Shown here: positions 9,643 through 18,618 of the stretch, piece by piece
Position numbering within the stretch: position 1 is the stretch's first letter
Layout of the letters: every line of letters begins with the position of its first letter
Origin: Candidatus Methylomirabilota bacterium
GTDB lineage: Bacteria > Methylomirabilota > Methylomirabilia > Rokubacteriales > CSP1-6
Assembly (NCBI GenBank): GCA_035315345.1
Contig: DATFYA010000085.1
Coordinates: forward strand, 2,288 to 66,287
Direction of reading: 5' to 3'
Length of the DNA: 64,000 nucleotides
Program-made: the position numbers and the translations under genes
The notes under the pieces: model-generated
The model's database searches: none
Told to the model about the DNA's origin: nothing
What the model saw: the letters and a program-made list of their open reading frames with translations, nothing else

Positions 9643-10647
9643 ATGGCTTCAGGGCTGGTGGTAGGGGTGGTGGGTGTGACCGGCGCGGTCGGGCAGACCA
9701 CGGTGAAGCTCCTCGAGGAGCGCAAGTTCCCGGTGCGCGAGCTGCGCGCCTTCGCCTCGGCCCGGTCGGTCGGCAAGACGGTCACCTTCAAGGGCGAGTC
9801 GATTCGCGTCGAGGCGGCGGGCCCGGACTCGTTCAAGGGCGTGGAGCTGGCGCTCTTCTCCGCCGGGTCCCAGCAGTCGAAGGAGCTGGCCCCGCACGCG
9901 GTGCGGGCGGGGGCGATCGTGATCGACAAGTCGAACGCGTTCCGCATGGATCCCCAGGTTCCCCTGGTGGTGCCCGAGATCAACCCCCACGCGGTCCGGG
10001 GCCATCGCGGCATCCTCGCGTGCCCGAACTGCACGACCATCGTCACCGTGATGCCGCTGAAGCCGCTGCACGACGCCGGCCGCCTGCGCCGGGTGGTGGC
10101 CACCAGCTATCAGGCGGTCTCCGGCGCGGGTGTGAACGGGGTCGAGGAGCTGCGGAGCCAGACCCTGGCCTGGGCCCGCGGCGAGGGGATCACGCCGCGA
10201 TACTTCCAGCACCAGATCGCGTTCAACGTCATCCCGCACATCGACAAGTTCGCGGACAACGGCTACACCGGCGAGGAGATCAAGCTGGTGAACGAGGTGC
10301 GGAAGATCCTCGAGCTGCCGGACCTGCCGATCTCCCCCACCACGGTGCGGGTGCCCGTGTTCACCGCGCACTCGGTCGCGGTCAACGCCGAGACCGAGGC
10401 GCGGCTCGGTCGGGAGCGCGCCCGCGAGGTGCTCGCCGGCTTCCCCGGGCTCAAGCTGTGGGACGAGCCCGCCGACAACCGGTACCCGATGCCGGTCCTC
10501 GTCGAGGGGCAAGACGACTGCTACGTCGGACGGATCCGCGAGGACCTGTCCATGCCCAATGCGCTGAACTTCTGGGTGGTCGGCGATCAGCTCCGGAAGG
10601 GCGCCGCGCTCAACGGCATCCAGATCGCCGAGCTGCTGATCCGCTGA
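9643..10647 (+). CDS. asd: aspartate-semialdehyde dehydrogenase
   Basis: …VGVVGVTGAVGQ… NAD(P)-binding N-terminus, catalytic …CPNCTTI… 334 aa. Confidence 0.95.
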   Translation: MASGLVVGVVGVTGAVGQTTVKLLEERKFPVRELRAFASARSVGKTVTFKGESIRVEAAGPDSFKGVELALFSAGSQQSKELAPHAVRAGAIVIDKSNAFRMDPQVPLVVPEINPHAVRGHRGILACPNCTTIVTVMPLKPLHDAGRLRRVVATSYQAVSGAGVNGVEELRSQTLAWARGEGITPRYFQHQIAFNVIPHIDKFADNGYTGEEIKLVNEVRKILELPDLPISPTTVRVPVFTAHSVAVNAETEARLGRERAREVLAGFPGLKLWDEPADNRYPMPVLVEGQDDCYVGRIREDLSMPNALNFWVVGDQLRKGAALNGIQIAELLIR

Positions 10648-10654
10648 TCGCCCG

Positions 10655-11446
10655 ATGGGCGAGCCCGGGCGCGCCGTCCGGCTCACGCTCGCCTACGAGG
10701 GCACGGACCTCCACGGCTGGCAGATCCAGCCGGGGCGCGACACGGTCCAGGGGCTCGTCATGGGCGCGGCCGCGCGGGTGCTGGGCGAGCCGGTTCGGGT
10801 GACCGGCGCGAGCCGCACCGACGCCGGGGTGCACGCCCTCCGGCAGGTGGCCAGCCTTGCCACGTCGTCTCCGATGGCGCCGGCGGCCCTGCAGCGGGCG
10901 CTCAACGCCCTGCTGCCGCCGGCGGTGCGCGTGGTCGAGGCGGCCGAGGCGCCCGCGGGCTTCGATGCGCGGCGCTGGGCGCGGGGCAAGCGCTACGCCT
11001 ATCTCATCGACCGCAGCGCGCCGGCCGACCCGTTCCGGCGACGCTACGCGTGGCACGTCCCGTTCCCGCTGGACGCGGGGGCGATGGCGGCCGCGGCGCG
11101 CGCCCTCCGGGGCAAGCACGACTTCTCCGCCTTCTGCGCGGCGGCGGGCCGCGATCGGACGCCGGTCTGCACGATCCGGTCGGTGCGCGTGGTGACGCGG
11201 CGTCGGCTGCTCGCGGTGTGCGTCGCCGGCGACAGCTTCCTTCACCACATGGTGCGCAACATCGTCGGCAGCCTGGTCGAGATCGGCCGGGGCGCGCAGG
11301 GTCCCGGCTGGATCGCGGAGCTGCTGCACGGGCGCGACCGCACCCGCGCGGGTCGCACCGCGCCCGCGCACGGCCTCGTGCTCGTGCGCGTGCTCTACGG
11401 CCCCGTGGACAGAGAGCCGCGCCCGAAGCCCCTTCCTTTATACTGA
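10655..11446 (+). CDS. truA: tRNA pseudouridine(38-40) synthase
   Basis: …RLTLAYEGTDLHGWQIQPG…RTDAGVHA… TruA catalytic Asp motif. Confidence 0.9.
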   Translation: MGEPGRAVRLTLAYEGTDLHGWQIQPGRDTVQGLVMGAAARVLGEPVRVTGASRTDAGVHALRQVASLATSSPMAPAALQRALNALLPPAVRVVEAAEAPAGFDARRWARGKRYAYLIDRSAPADPFRRRYAWHVPFPLDAGAMAAAARALRGKHDFSAFCAAAGRDRTPVCTIRSVRVVTRRRLLAVCVAGDSFLHHMVRNIVGSLVEIGRGAQGPGWIAELLHGRDRTRAGRTAPAHGLVLVRVLYGPVDREPRPKPLPLY

Positions 11447-11583
11447 GGCCGCGCAGCCAGCGACATGCGGACCTACTTTCACGTCAAGGCCGGCCGGCTC
11501 CACGAAGTCAAGGAGGCGCTCCTCGTCGACGGGGCGAGGCCGTCGCGCGGGCGCCTGCTGCCCCGCGAAGACGGAGCACCTCG

Positions 11584-12390
11584 GTGAACGAGGTGCTGTT
11601 CGACGTCGCGCTCACCGCCTACATCCTGGCCGCGGCGGCCTCCATCGGCTCGCTGCTGGGCCGGCGCGATCAGCTCGGGTGGATCGCCCTGCTACTGATC
11701 CAGGCGGGCTGGGTGTGCCACACGGTGGCGGTGATCCTCCGCGGCGTCGAGCTGCGGCGGCTGCCGTTCATGACCATCCCCGAGGTGATCTCGCTCGTGA
11801 TCTGGGCAGTGGTGCTCTTCGATCTCTGGGCGGAGCGGCGCGGGCGCGTCCGCGCGCTGTCCGCCTTCGTGCTGCCGGTGGTCCTGGTGCTGGGGCTCGG
11901 CCTGCCGTCCGGGCTTCGCGCGATCGCGTTCGACGCGCCGGTTCGGAGCGGGTGGATCGCGGTCCACGTGGCGCTGATCCTGATCGGCCTGGCCGCGCTG
12001 GTGCTCAACTTCGGCGGCGCGATCATGTACCTGCTCCAGGAGCGGCAGCTCAAGGCCAAGCGGGCCGGCACCGTCTATCGCCGACTGCCCGCGCTCGAGA
12101 CGCTCGATCGACTCACGGTGGCCACCCTGACCGCGGGCTTCCCGTTCCTCACGGTGGGCCTCCTGCTGGGCGTGCTCTCGGCGCGCCGCGCGTGGGGCAG
12201 CGTGATCGCCTTCGATCCGCTCGCCCTGTTCTCGCTCTTCATGTGGATGGTCTACGCGGTGATCCTGGTCGGCCGCGGGTTGGGGCACTGGCGCGGGCGG
12301 CGCGCCGCCTACTTCTCGATCGCCGGCTTCTGCGTGCTGCTCGCCACCCTCGGTGCCGGCGCCTTCCTCACCGGCCGCCACGGATCCTGA
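11584..12390 (+). CDS. hemX: CcsA-like cytochrome c assembly / HemX-like membrane protein
   Basis: Polytopic membrane protein immediately upstream of hemA, as with hemX in hemAXCDBL operons. GTG start chosen. The long upstream part of the 11050 ORF overlaps truA out of frame. Confidence 0.55.
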   Translation: MNEVLFDVALTAYILAAAASIGSLLGRRDQLGWIALLLIQAGWVCHTVAVILRGVELRRLPFMTIPEVISLVIWAVVLFDLWAERRGRVRALSAFVLPVVLVLGLGLPSGLRAIAFDAPVRSGWIAVHVALILIGLAALVLNFGGAIMYLLQERQLKAKRAGTVYRRLPALETLDRLTVATLTAGFPFLTVGLLLGVLSARRAWGSVIAFDPLALFSLFMWMVYAVILVGRGLGHWRGRRAAYFSIAGFCVLLATLGAGAFLTGRHGS

Positions 12391-12394
12391 CCCC

Positions 12395-13696
12395 ATGAGC
12401 GCTCCCGGCATCCTGTTCGTGGCGGGCATGAATCACCGGACCGCGCCGGTGGCCACGCGGGAGCAGCTCGCCCTCGAGGAAGAGAAGATCCGCGAGATCC
12501 TCTCCGACCTCACCGGCCGCGGGCTCCTCGACGAGGTGATGATCCTCTCCACCTGCAACCGGGTGGAGGTCTACGGCGTCGCCGCGGTGCCGGGTGAGGC
12601 GCGCTCGGCTGCGTTCGGGCGCCTCGGGACCCACCGCGGCGTGTCGTGGCGGGATCTGGAGCCGCTGCTCTACACGGTGACCGGCGACGAGGCCGCGCTC
12701 CACGCGTTCCGCGTCGCGGCCAGCCTCGATTCGATGGTGCTGGGCGAGCCCCAGATCCTCGGCCAGGTGAAGGACGCCTTCGCGCTGGCCCAGTCCGCCG
12801 GCACCGCGGGCCCGGTGCTCCACGCGCTCATGAGCCAGGCGTTCAGCGCGGCCAAACGGGTGCGGTCGGAGACGGAGGTCGGCCGGCTCGCCGTCTCGAT
12901 CTCCTACGCGGCGGTGGAGCTGGCTCGCAAGATCTTCGAGGGCCTCGCGGGCAAGGCGGTCCTGCTGGTGGGCGCGGGCGAGATGAGCGAGCTGGCGGCC
13001 CGGCATCTCGTGGAGCACGGCGCGCTGCCGCTCTACGTGACCAACCGGACGTGGAGCCGGGCTCAGGAGCTGGCCCGCGGCCTCGGCGGCATCGCGGTGC
13101 CGTTCGATCAGCTGGAGGCCACGCTCGGCGTGGTGGACATCGTCGTCACGTCCACCGCGGCCCCGGAGCCGATCGTCACCGCGACGCACGCGCGGGCCGC
13201 GCGGCAGGCTCGCCGCGGCCGGCCGCTCTTCTTCATCGATATCGCGGTGCCGCGCAACGTGGAGGCCGCGGTCAATGACGTGGAGAACGTGTTCTGCTAC
13301 GATATCGACGACCTGCGCTCGGTGGTCGAGGCCAACATCAAGGAGCGGCAGCGCGAGGCCCGGCGGGCCGAGTCTCTCCTGGAGCGCGAAGTCGTGAAGT
13401 TCGCGGAGCGGCTGCAGCACCTCGAGGTCGTGCCCACCATCGTGTCGTTGAGACAGAAGCTGGAGGCGATCCGACGCGCGGAGCTGGCCCGGGCGCTTGG
13501 CCGTCTGCCCGCGGCGGACGAGGAGACGCGCCGGGTGATGGAGAGCCTGAGCCAGTCGATCGTCAACAAGGTGCTGCACGCGCCGATGGTCAAGCTCAAG
13601 GACTCCTCCCGCGCCGGCCACGGCCGCCGCTGGACCGAGATGATCTCCGAGCTGTTCGGGCTGCGCGGTCCCGATCGTCCCGCTCCGGGCGAATGA
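12395..13696 (+). CDS. hemA: glutamyl-tRNA reductase
   Basis: …LSTCNRVEVYG… active-site Cys motif, NADPH domain, about 433 aa. Confidence 0.9.
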   Translation: MSAPGILFVAGMNHRTAPVATREQLALEEEKIREILSDLTGRGLLDEVMILSTCNRVEVYGVAAVPGEARSAAFGRLGTHRGVSWRDLEPLLYTVTGDEAALHAFRVAASLDSMVLGEPQILGQVKDAFALAQSAGTAGPVLHALMSQAFSAAKRVRSETEVGRLAVSISYAAVELARKIFEGLAGKAVLLVGAGEMSELAARHLVEHGALPLYVTNRTWSRAQELARGLGGIAVPFDQLEATLGVVDIVVTSTAAPEPIVTATHARAARQARRGRPLFFIDIAVPRNVEAAVNDVENVFCYDIDDLRSVVEANIKERQREARRAESLLEREVVKFAERLQHLEVVPTIVSLRQKLEAIRRAELARALGRLPAADEETRRVMESLSQSIVNKVLHAPMVKLKDSSRAGHGRRWTEMISELFGLRGPDRPAPGE

Positions 13697-14607
13697 TCCT
13701 GCGGCTGGGCACGCGGGGCAGCCGCCTCGCGCTCGTGCAGTGCGAGGAGGTGGCGGCGGCGCTGCGGGTGCGCGGGGTCGAGACCGAGACGGTGGTCATC
13801 CGGACGTCCGGCGATCGCCTCGCCCAGGTCGCCCTCGCCGACTTCGGCGGCAAGGCGCTCTTCGTGAAGGAGATCGAGGAGGCGCTGCTCGCCGGCACCG
13901 TGGACGTGGGCGTGCACAGCCTGAAGGACATGCCCGCCGAATTGCCCGGCGGACTGGCGCTCGCCGCCTTTCCGGCCCGGGAGGACCCGCGGGACGCGCT
14001 ACTGACCCGGACCGCCGGCGGCTGGTCGGCGCTGCCGACGGGCGCCTCGGTCGGCACCTCCAGCCCGCGCCGGCGCGCGATGGTCCTCGCTCGCCGGCCC
14101 GATCTGCGGGCCGACCCGATCCGCGGCAACGTCGAGACCCGGCTCGAGAAGCTCTCGGTGGGGGCCTATGACGGTATCGTCCTGGCCCTGGCCGGGCTGA
14201 GGCGCCTCGGCGTCTCCCCGCCGCATGTCCTGCCGCTCGACCTCGACGAGTTCGTGCCCGCGGTCGGACAGGGCGTGCTCGCCATCGAAGCCCGTGAAGC
14301 CGACCGGGAAGTGCTTGAACTTCTGGGTCGGCTGGACGACACTCGGAGCAGATCGGAGGCCCTGGCGGAGCGCGCCTTCTTGCGTCGCCTCGGCGCCGAT
14401 TGCCACACGCCGGTGGCCGGCCACGCACGCATGGACCGCGATGAGCTGACCGTGACCGGGGTGGTCACGAGCCTGGACGGTGCCACCGTGCTGCGCGGAA
14501 GCGCGCGCGGATCGGCGTCGGGCGCCGAGCGGCTCGGCCAGGTGGTGGCGGAGGCTCTGCTGGCCAAGGGGGCGAGGACGCTGCTCGATGCGCGCGGCAA
14601 CGGATGA
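13693..14607 (+). CDS. hemC: hydroxymethylbilane synthase (porphobilinogen deaminase)
   Basis: …LRLGTRGSRLALVQ… N-terminus and dipyrromethane cofactor Cys region. ATGA overlap with hemA. Confidence 0.9.
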   Translation: MILRLGTRGSRLALVQCEEVAAALRVRGVETETVVIRTSGDRLAQVALADFGGKALFVKEIEEALLAGTVDVGVHSLKDMPAELPGGLALAAFPAREDPRDALLTRTAGGWSALPTGASVGTSSPRRRAMVLARRPDLRADPIRGNVETRLEKLSVGAYDGIVLALAGLRRLGVSPPHVLPLDLDEFVPAVGQGVLAIEAREADREVLELLGRLDDTRSRSEALAERAFLRRLGADCHTPVAGHARMDRDELTVTGVVTSLDGATVLRGSARGSASGAERLGQVVAEALLAKGARTLLDARGNG

Positions 14608-15412
14608 TCAAGTGACGGCCGAGGCGGGGGCACGTAAACCCCTGGCCGGCAAGGTGGTGCTGATCACCCGCGCCAGGGAGCAGGCCTCGGCCTTCGCCCA
14701 GCTCCTGGAGGCAGCCGGCGCGCACGTCCTCCTCGTTCCCACCATCGCGATCGAGCCGCCCGATTCGTGGGGGCCGCTCGACGCCGCGCTTCGGGGCGAC
14801 TTCTCCTGGGTCGTATTCACCAGCGCCAACGGCGTGGCCATGGTACGCGGCCGCGTCGAGGCGACCGGTCACGGCCGTGCCCTGCTGGAGCGCGCCCACC
14901 TCGCCGCCATCGGTCCCGCGACCGCCGCGGCGCTCGCCGACTGGGGGCTGCGCGCGGAGGCCGTCCCCGAGGAGTTCGTCGCCGAGGCTCTCGTCGATCG
15001 GCTCCGCCCGATGATGACGGCCGGCCAGCGCATCCTGCTCCCGCGGGCCGCCGAGACGCGCGACGTGCTGACGCGCGAGCTGGCCGCGCTGGGCGCTGAC
15101 GTGACCGAGGTCGCCGCCTACCGAACCCGCTTCGCGACCGAGCATGCGCCGGCGCTGCGGGAGGCGCTGGCCGGCGGCCGCGTGGACGTGGTCACGTTCA
15201 CCAGCTCGTCCACGGTGCGGAGCTTCTGCGGGCTGTTCGGCGCCGCCGAGCTGCCGCGCCTGCTCGGCGGCGTCACGGTGGCGTGCATCGGTCCCATCAC
15301 GCGGGCCACCGCGGAAGGGCGCGGGCTCGCGACGCAGATCGTGCCCGAGGAGTACACGATACCGGGCCTGGCCCGCGCCATCGTCGCCCACTTCGAGCCA
15401 GCAAGGAGCTAG
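14588..15412 (+). CDS. hemD: uroporphyrinogen-III synthase
   Basis: HemD-fold protein in the hemC/hemB context (…KVVLITRAREQASAFAQLLEAAGAHVLLVPTIAIEP…). Start is ambiguous: ATG 14588 overlaps hemC by 20 nt, GTG 14621 is the alternative. Confidence 0.7.
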   Translation: MRAATDDQVTAEAGARKPLAGKVVLITRAREQASAFAQLLEAAGAHVLLVPTIAIEPPDSWGPLDAALRGDFSWVVFTSANGVAMVRGRVEATGHGRALLERAHLAAIGPATAAALADWGLRAEAVPEEFVAEALVDRLRPMMTAGQRILLPRAAETRDVLTRELAALGADVTEVAAYRTRFATEHAPALREALAGGRVDVVTFTSSSTVRSFCGLFGAAELPRLLGGVTVACIGPITRATAEGRGLATQIVPEEYTIPGLARAIVAHFEPARS

Positions 15413-15415
15413 CGC

Positions 15416-16399
15416 ATGCCGTTCCCCCTCTACCGTCCCCGGCGGCTCCGCGAGTCGCCGCTGCTCCGCTCCATGGTGCGCGAGACCGCCCTGCGCGTCG
15501 ACGACTTCGTCTATCCGCTCTTTGCGGTGCACGGACGAGGGGTCCGCGAGCCGATCAGCTCGATGCCCGGGCAGTGTCGGCTCTCGATCGACGAATTGCT
15601 GAAGGAGTGCAAGGACGCGGCGTCGATGGGCATCCCGGCGGTGCTGCTCTTCGGACTGCCGCGCGACAAGGACCCCCGCGGGACCGAGGCCTACGCCGAG
15701 GACGGCATCATCCAGCAGGCGGTGCGGGCGGTGAAGGACACCATCCCGGACCTGCTCGTGATCACCGACGTGTGCCTGTGCGAGTACACGAGCCACGGCC
15801 ACTGCGGGGTGGTCGAGGACGGGCGGGTGAAGAACGATCCCACCCTCGAGCTGATCGCGCGCACCGCGGTGTCGCACGCCGAGGCGGGGGCCGACATGGT
15901 GGCGCCGTCGGACATGATGGACGGCCGCGTGGCCGCCATCCGCGAGGGACTGGACGAGGCGGGATTCCCCGAGACGCCGATCATGGCCTACTCGGCCAAG
16001 TACGCCTCCGCGTTCTACGGGCCGTTCCGCGAGGCGGCGGACTCCACCCCGCAGTTCGGCGACCGCCGCTCCTATCAGATGGATCCCGCCAACGCGGTCG
16101 AGGCGATGCGCGAGGTCGCGCTCGACGTGGACGAGGGCGCCGACATCGTGATGGTGAAGCCCGCGCTGCCGTATCTCGACATCATCGCGCGCGTGAAGGG
16201 TGAGTTCGGGCTGCCGGTGGCCGCCTATTCGGTCTCGGGCGAGTACGCGATGCTGAAGGCGGCCGGGCAGCTCGGCTGGCTCGACGAGGAGCGCGCGGTG
16301 CTGGAGGCGCTGACCGGCATCCGCCGCGCGGGCGCCGACATCATCATCACCTACTTCGCCAAGGACGCGGCCCGCCTGATCGAGCAGGGCCGCGCGTGA
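15416..16399 (+). CDS. hemB: porphobilinogen synthase (delta-aminolevulinate dehydratase)
   Basis: …[18 protein letters not shown]…, Cys-rich Zn site ([12 protein letters not shown]), active-site Lys region. Confidence 0.95.
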   Translation: MPFPLYRPRRLRESPLLRSMVRETALRVDDFVYPLFAVHGRGVREPISSMPGQCRLSIDELLKECKDAASMGIPAVLLFGLPRDKDPRGTEAYAEDGIIQQAVRAVKDTIPDLLVITDVCLCEYTSHGHCGVVEDGRVKNDPTLELIARTAVSHAEAGADMVAPSDMMDGRVAAIREGLDEAGFPETPIMAYSAKYASAFYGPFREAADSTPQFGDRRSYQMDPANAVEAMREVALDVDEGADIVMVKPALPYLDIIARVKGEFGLPVAAYSVSGEYAMLKAAGQLGWLDEERAVLEALTGIRRAGADIIITYFAKDAARLIEQGRA

Positions 16400-16836
16400 G
16401 GATCTCGGCCAAGGGCGAGTACGCCATCAAGGCGATGGTGGATCTCGCCCTGCACGAGGGCCGCGACCTGCAGCCGATCCAGGACATCGCGGCCCGGCAG
16501 GGCATCCCGCAGCGCTACCTGGAGCAGGTGCTGCTGCAGCTCAAGCGCTCCGGCTTCCTCTACGCCCGGCGCGGCTCGGCGGGCGGCTACCGGTTGAGCC
16601 GGCCCGCCGACAGCATCACGGTGGGGGCGGTGCTCCGCGCGGTCGATGGGCCGACGGCCGGCCCCGATGCCTCGCGCCGCAACGGCGGGCCGGCCGGAGA
16701 GGCGGCGGGCCTTGCCGAGTTGTGGCAGGAGATTGCCGACGCGGTGGCCTCGGTGGTGGACCGGACCACCCTGGAGGATCTCCGCCGGCGCGCCGAGGAG
16801 CGTCGCAGCGCGGCGCGGCCGATGTACCACATCTGA
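16396..16836 (+). CDS. Rrf2-family transcriptional regulator (CymR/IscR-like)
   Basis: …[18 protein letters not shown]…[31 protein letters not shown]…. GTGA overlap with hemB. Sits directly upstream of cysK, as CymR does. Confidence 0.8.
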   Translation: MRISAKGEYAIKAMVDLALHEGRDLQPIQDIAARQGIPQRYLEQVLLQLKRSGFLYARRGSAGGYRLSRPADSITVGAVLRAVDGPTAGPDASRRNGGPAGEAAGLAELWQEIADAVASVVDRTTLEDLRRRAEERRSAARPMYHI

Positions 16837-16859
16837 ATCCGAGCAGGGGACACAGGACG

Positions 16860-17807
16860 ATGACGACGACGCGGAAGACGGCCGCGCCGACCCGGCCACG
16901 GCTGGCCGGATCGGTGCTGGACCTGGTGGGCGGCACGCCGCTGGTGCGCCTGAACCGCATTCCCAAGCCGGGCGGCGCCGTCGTCCTGGCCAAGATGGAA
17001 TCGCTCAACCCGGGCGGAAGCGTGAAGGACCGCATCGCGCTCTCGATGATCGAGGAGGCGGAGCGGCGCGGGCTGCTCAAGGCCGGGGCCACCATCGTGG
17101 AGCCGACCAGCGGCAACACCGGCATCGGGCTCGCGATGGTCTGCGCGGTGCGCGGCTACCGCCTCATCCTGACCATGCCCGACGACATGAGCGTGGAGCG
17201 GCAGCGCCTCCTCGCGCGCTACGGGGCCGAGATCCATTTGACTCCGGCCATCGAGGGCATGACCGGGGCGGTCTTCGCGGCGCAGGAGATCTGCCGCGAG
17301 CATCCCGACTACTTCATGCCGCTGCAGTTCGAGAATCCCGCGAATCCGGAGGCGCACCGGCGCACCACCGCGCAGGAGATCCTCGACGCGACCGAGGAGC
17401 GCGTGCACGCCTTCGTGGCCGCGGTGGGGACCGGCGGCACGGTGACCGGGGTCGGCGAGGTCCTGAAGGAGCGCGTGCCCGGCGTCCGGGTGGTCGGCGT
17501 CGAGCCGGCGCGCTCGCCGGTGCTCTCCGGAGGGCGCTTCCGGCCGCACGGCATCCAGGGCATCGGCGCGTCCTTCGTGCCCGGCATCCTGAACCGCTCC
17601 GTGCTGGACGACATCATACAGGTGCGCGACGAGGACGCCACGGCCATGGCGCGGCGTCTCGCCCGCGAGGAGGGGCTCCTCGTCGGCATCTCGTCGGGCG
17701 CCAACGTGTTCGCGGCGTGCCAGGTCGCCGAGACGATGGCGGCCGATCACGTCGTGGTCACCGTGCTGTGCGATACTGGCGAGCGCTATCTGAGCGTCAC
17801 CTTCTAG
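16860..17807 (+). CDS. cysK: cysteine synthase (O-acetylserine or O-phosphoserine sulfhydrylase; CysK/CysM type)
   Basis: PLP fold-II, …GGTPLVRLNRI…ESLNPGGSVKDRIALSMI…TSGNTGIGLA…. 315 aa. CysK versus CysM cannot be decided by eye. Confidence 0.9.
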   Translation: MTTTRKTAAPTRPRLAGSVLDLVGGTPLVRLNRIPKPGGAVVLAKMESLNPGGSVKDRIALSMIEEAERRGLLKAGATIVEPTSGNTGIGLAMVCAVRGYRLILTMPDDMSVERQRLLARYGAEIHLTPAIEGMTGAVFAAQEICREHPDYFMPLQFENPANPEAHRRTTAQEILDATEERVHAFVAAVGTGGTVTGVGEVLKERVPGVRVVGVEPARSPVLSGGRFRPHGIQGIGASFVPGILNRSVLDDIIQVRDEDATAMARRLAREEGLLVGISSGANVFAACQVAETMAADHVVVTVLCDTGERYLSVTF

Positions 17808-17818
17808 GAGAGGCGGCC

Positions 17819-18142
17819 ATGAGTGTCCAGGTCTACATCCCGACGCCGTTCCGCCGCGCGACCAGGAACGCGGACCGGGTCTCCGTGGAGGCGCCCGACG
17901 TCAAGGGCCTGCTCGACGAGCTCGAGGACCAGTTCGGCGGGCTGAAGGGTCTGGTGCGCAACGAGCAGGGCGAGGTCCACCACCACGTCAACATCTACGT
18001 CAACAACGAGGCGATCGAGGCGCTCCAGGGACTCGACACCGCGCTAAAGGACGGCGACGAGGTATCGATCATTCCAGCCCTCGCGGGCGGCGGGCCAGCC
18101 CTCGCGGGCGGCGGGCCGGCCCTCGCGGTGGGACGGGGCTGA
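17819..18142 (+). CDS. MoaD/ThiS/CysO-family sulfur-carrier protein with repeated C-terminal extension
   Basis: Beta-grasp carrier, …VNIYVNNEAIEALQGLDTALKDGDEVSIIPALAGG…, followed by GPALAGGGPALAVGRG. AGGAG RBS 8 nt upstream. The 3' end carries a 21-bp tandem duplication. Confidence 0.65.
   Translation: MSVQVYIPTPFRRATRNADRVSVEAPDVKGLLDELEDQFGGLKGLVRNEQGEVHHHVNIYVNNEAIEALQGLDTALKDGDEVSIIPALAGGGPALAGGGPALAVGRG
18081..18139 (+). repeat. 21-bp tandem duplication (about 2.7 copies, GCCCTCGCGGGCGGCGGGCCA-like) forming the 3' end of the CysO-like gene
   Basis: AGCCCTCGCGGGCGGCGGGCC / AGCCCTCGCGGGCGGCGGGCC / GGCCCTCGCGGTGGGACGGGGCTGA read directly from the sequence. It encodes PALAGGG-PALAGGG-PALAVGRG. 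Confidence 0.8.
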
Positions 18143-18152
18143 CCGCGCCCGG

Positions 18153-18614
18153 ATGATCCTCACGTCCGACGAGCTGCAACGGGTGCGCGCTCAGGCGGTG
18201 ACGGAGTACCCGGCGGAGTGCTGCGGCGTTCTCCTGGAGCGGACCTCACCCGAGCCGGACCGGCTCCTGATGCCCTGCCGCAACATCCAGGACGAGCTGC
18301 ACGCCAAGGACCCGGTGCGCCACTCGCGCGATTCCCGCACCGCCTACTTCATCGATCCCAAGGACCTGCTGGCCATCGGCCGGCGCGAGGGGCAGGGCTA
18401 CCGCGTCGCGATCATCTATCACTCCCACATCGACACCGGGGCCTACTTCTCGGCGACCGACCGGCAGAACGCGCTCATCAACGGCGAGCCCGCCTATCCC
18501 GACGCGGTCTACGTCGTGCTGTCGGTGGTGGACCGCCGCGTGGACGACGTGGCCGCGTTCGTCTGGGACAAGTCCGCGCGCGATTTCGCGCCGACCGACT
18601 TCACGCCCTCCTGA
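18153..18614 (+). CDS. JAMM/MPN+ (Mov34) metalloprotease, Mec+/QbsD-like
   Basis: E-x(n)-HSH-x7-S-x2-D zinc motif (…[18 protein letters not shown]…), 153 aa, immediately after the sulfur-carrier gene. Confidence 0.75.
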   Translation: MILTSDELQRVRAQAVTEYPAECCGVLLERTSPEPDRLLMPCRNIQDELHAKDPVRHSRDSRTAYFIDPKDLLAIGRREGQGYRVAIIYHSHIDTGAYFSATDRQNALINGEPAYPDAVYVVLSVVDRRVDDVAAFVWDKSARDFAPTDFTPS

Positions 18615-18618
18615 TCGC

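Noticed and set aside
11050-11583. 5' part of the 11050-12390 ORF (Arg/Gly-rich, overlapping truA)
   Set aside because: It is out-of-frame overlap with truA and low complexity. The membrane protein proper starts at GTG 11584.
16646-18142. 498-aa + strand ORF spanning the Rrf2, cysK and cysO regions
   Set aside because: Only its last 107 codons (17819-18142, the MoaD-like domain) make biological sense. The upstream part overlaps cysK out of frame and is Arg/Gly/Pro-rich noise.
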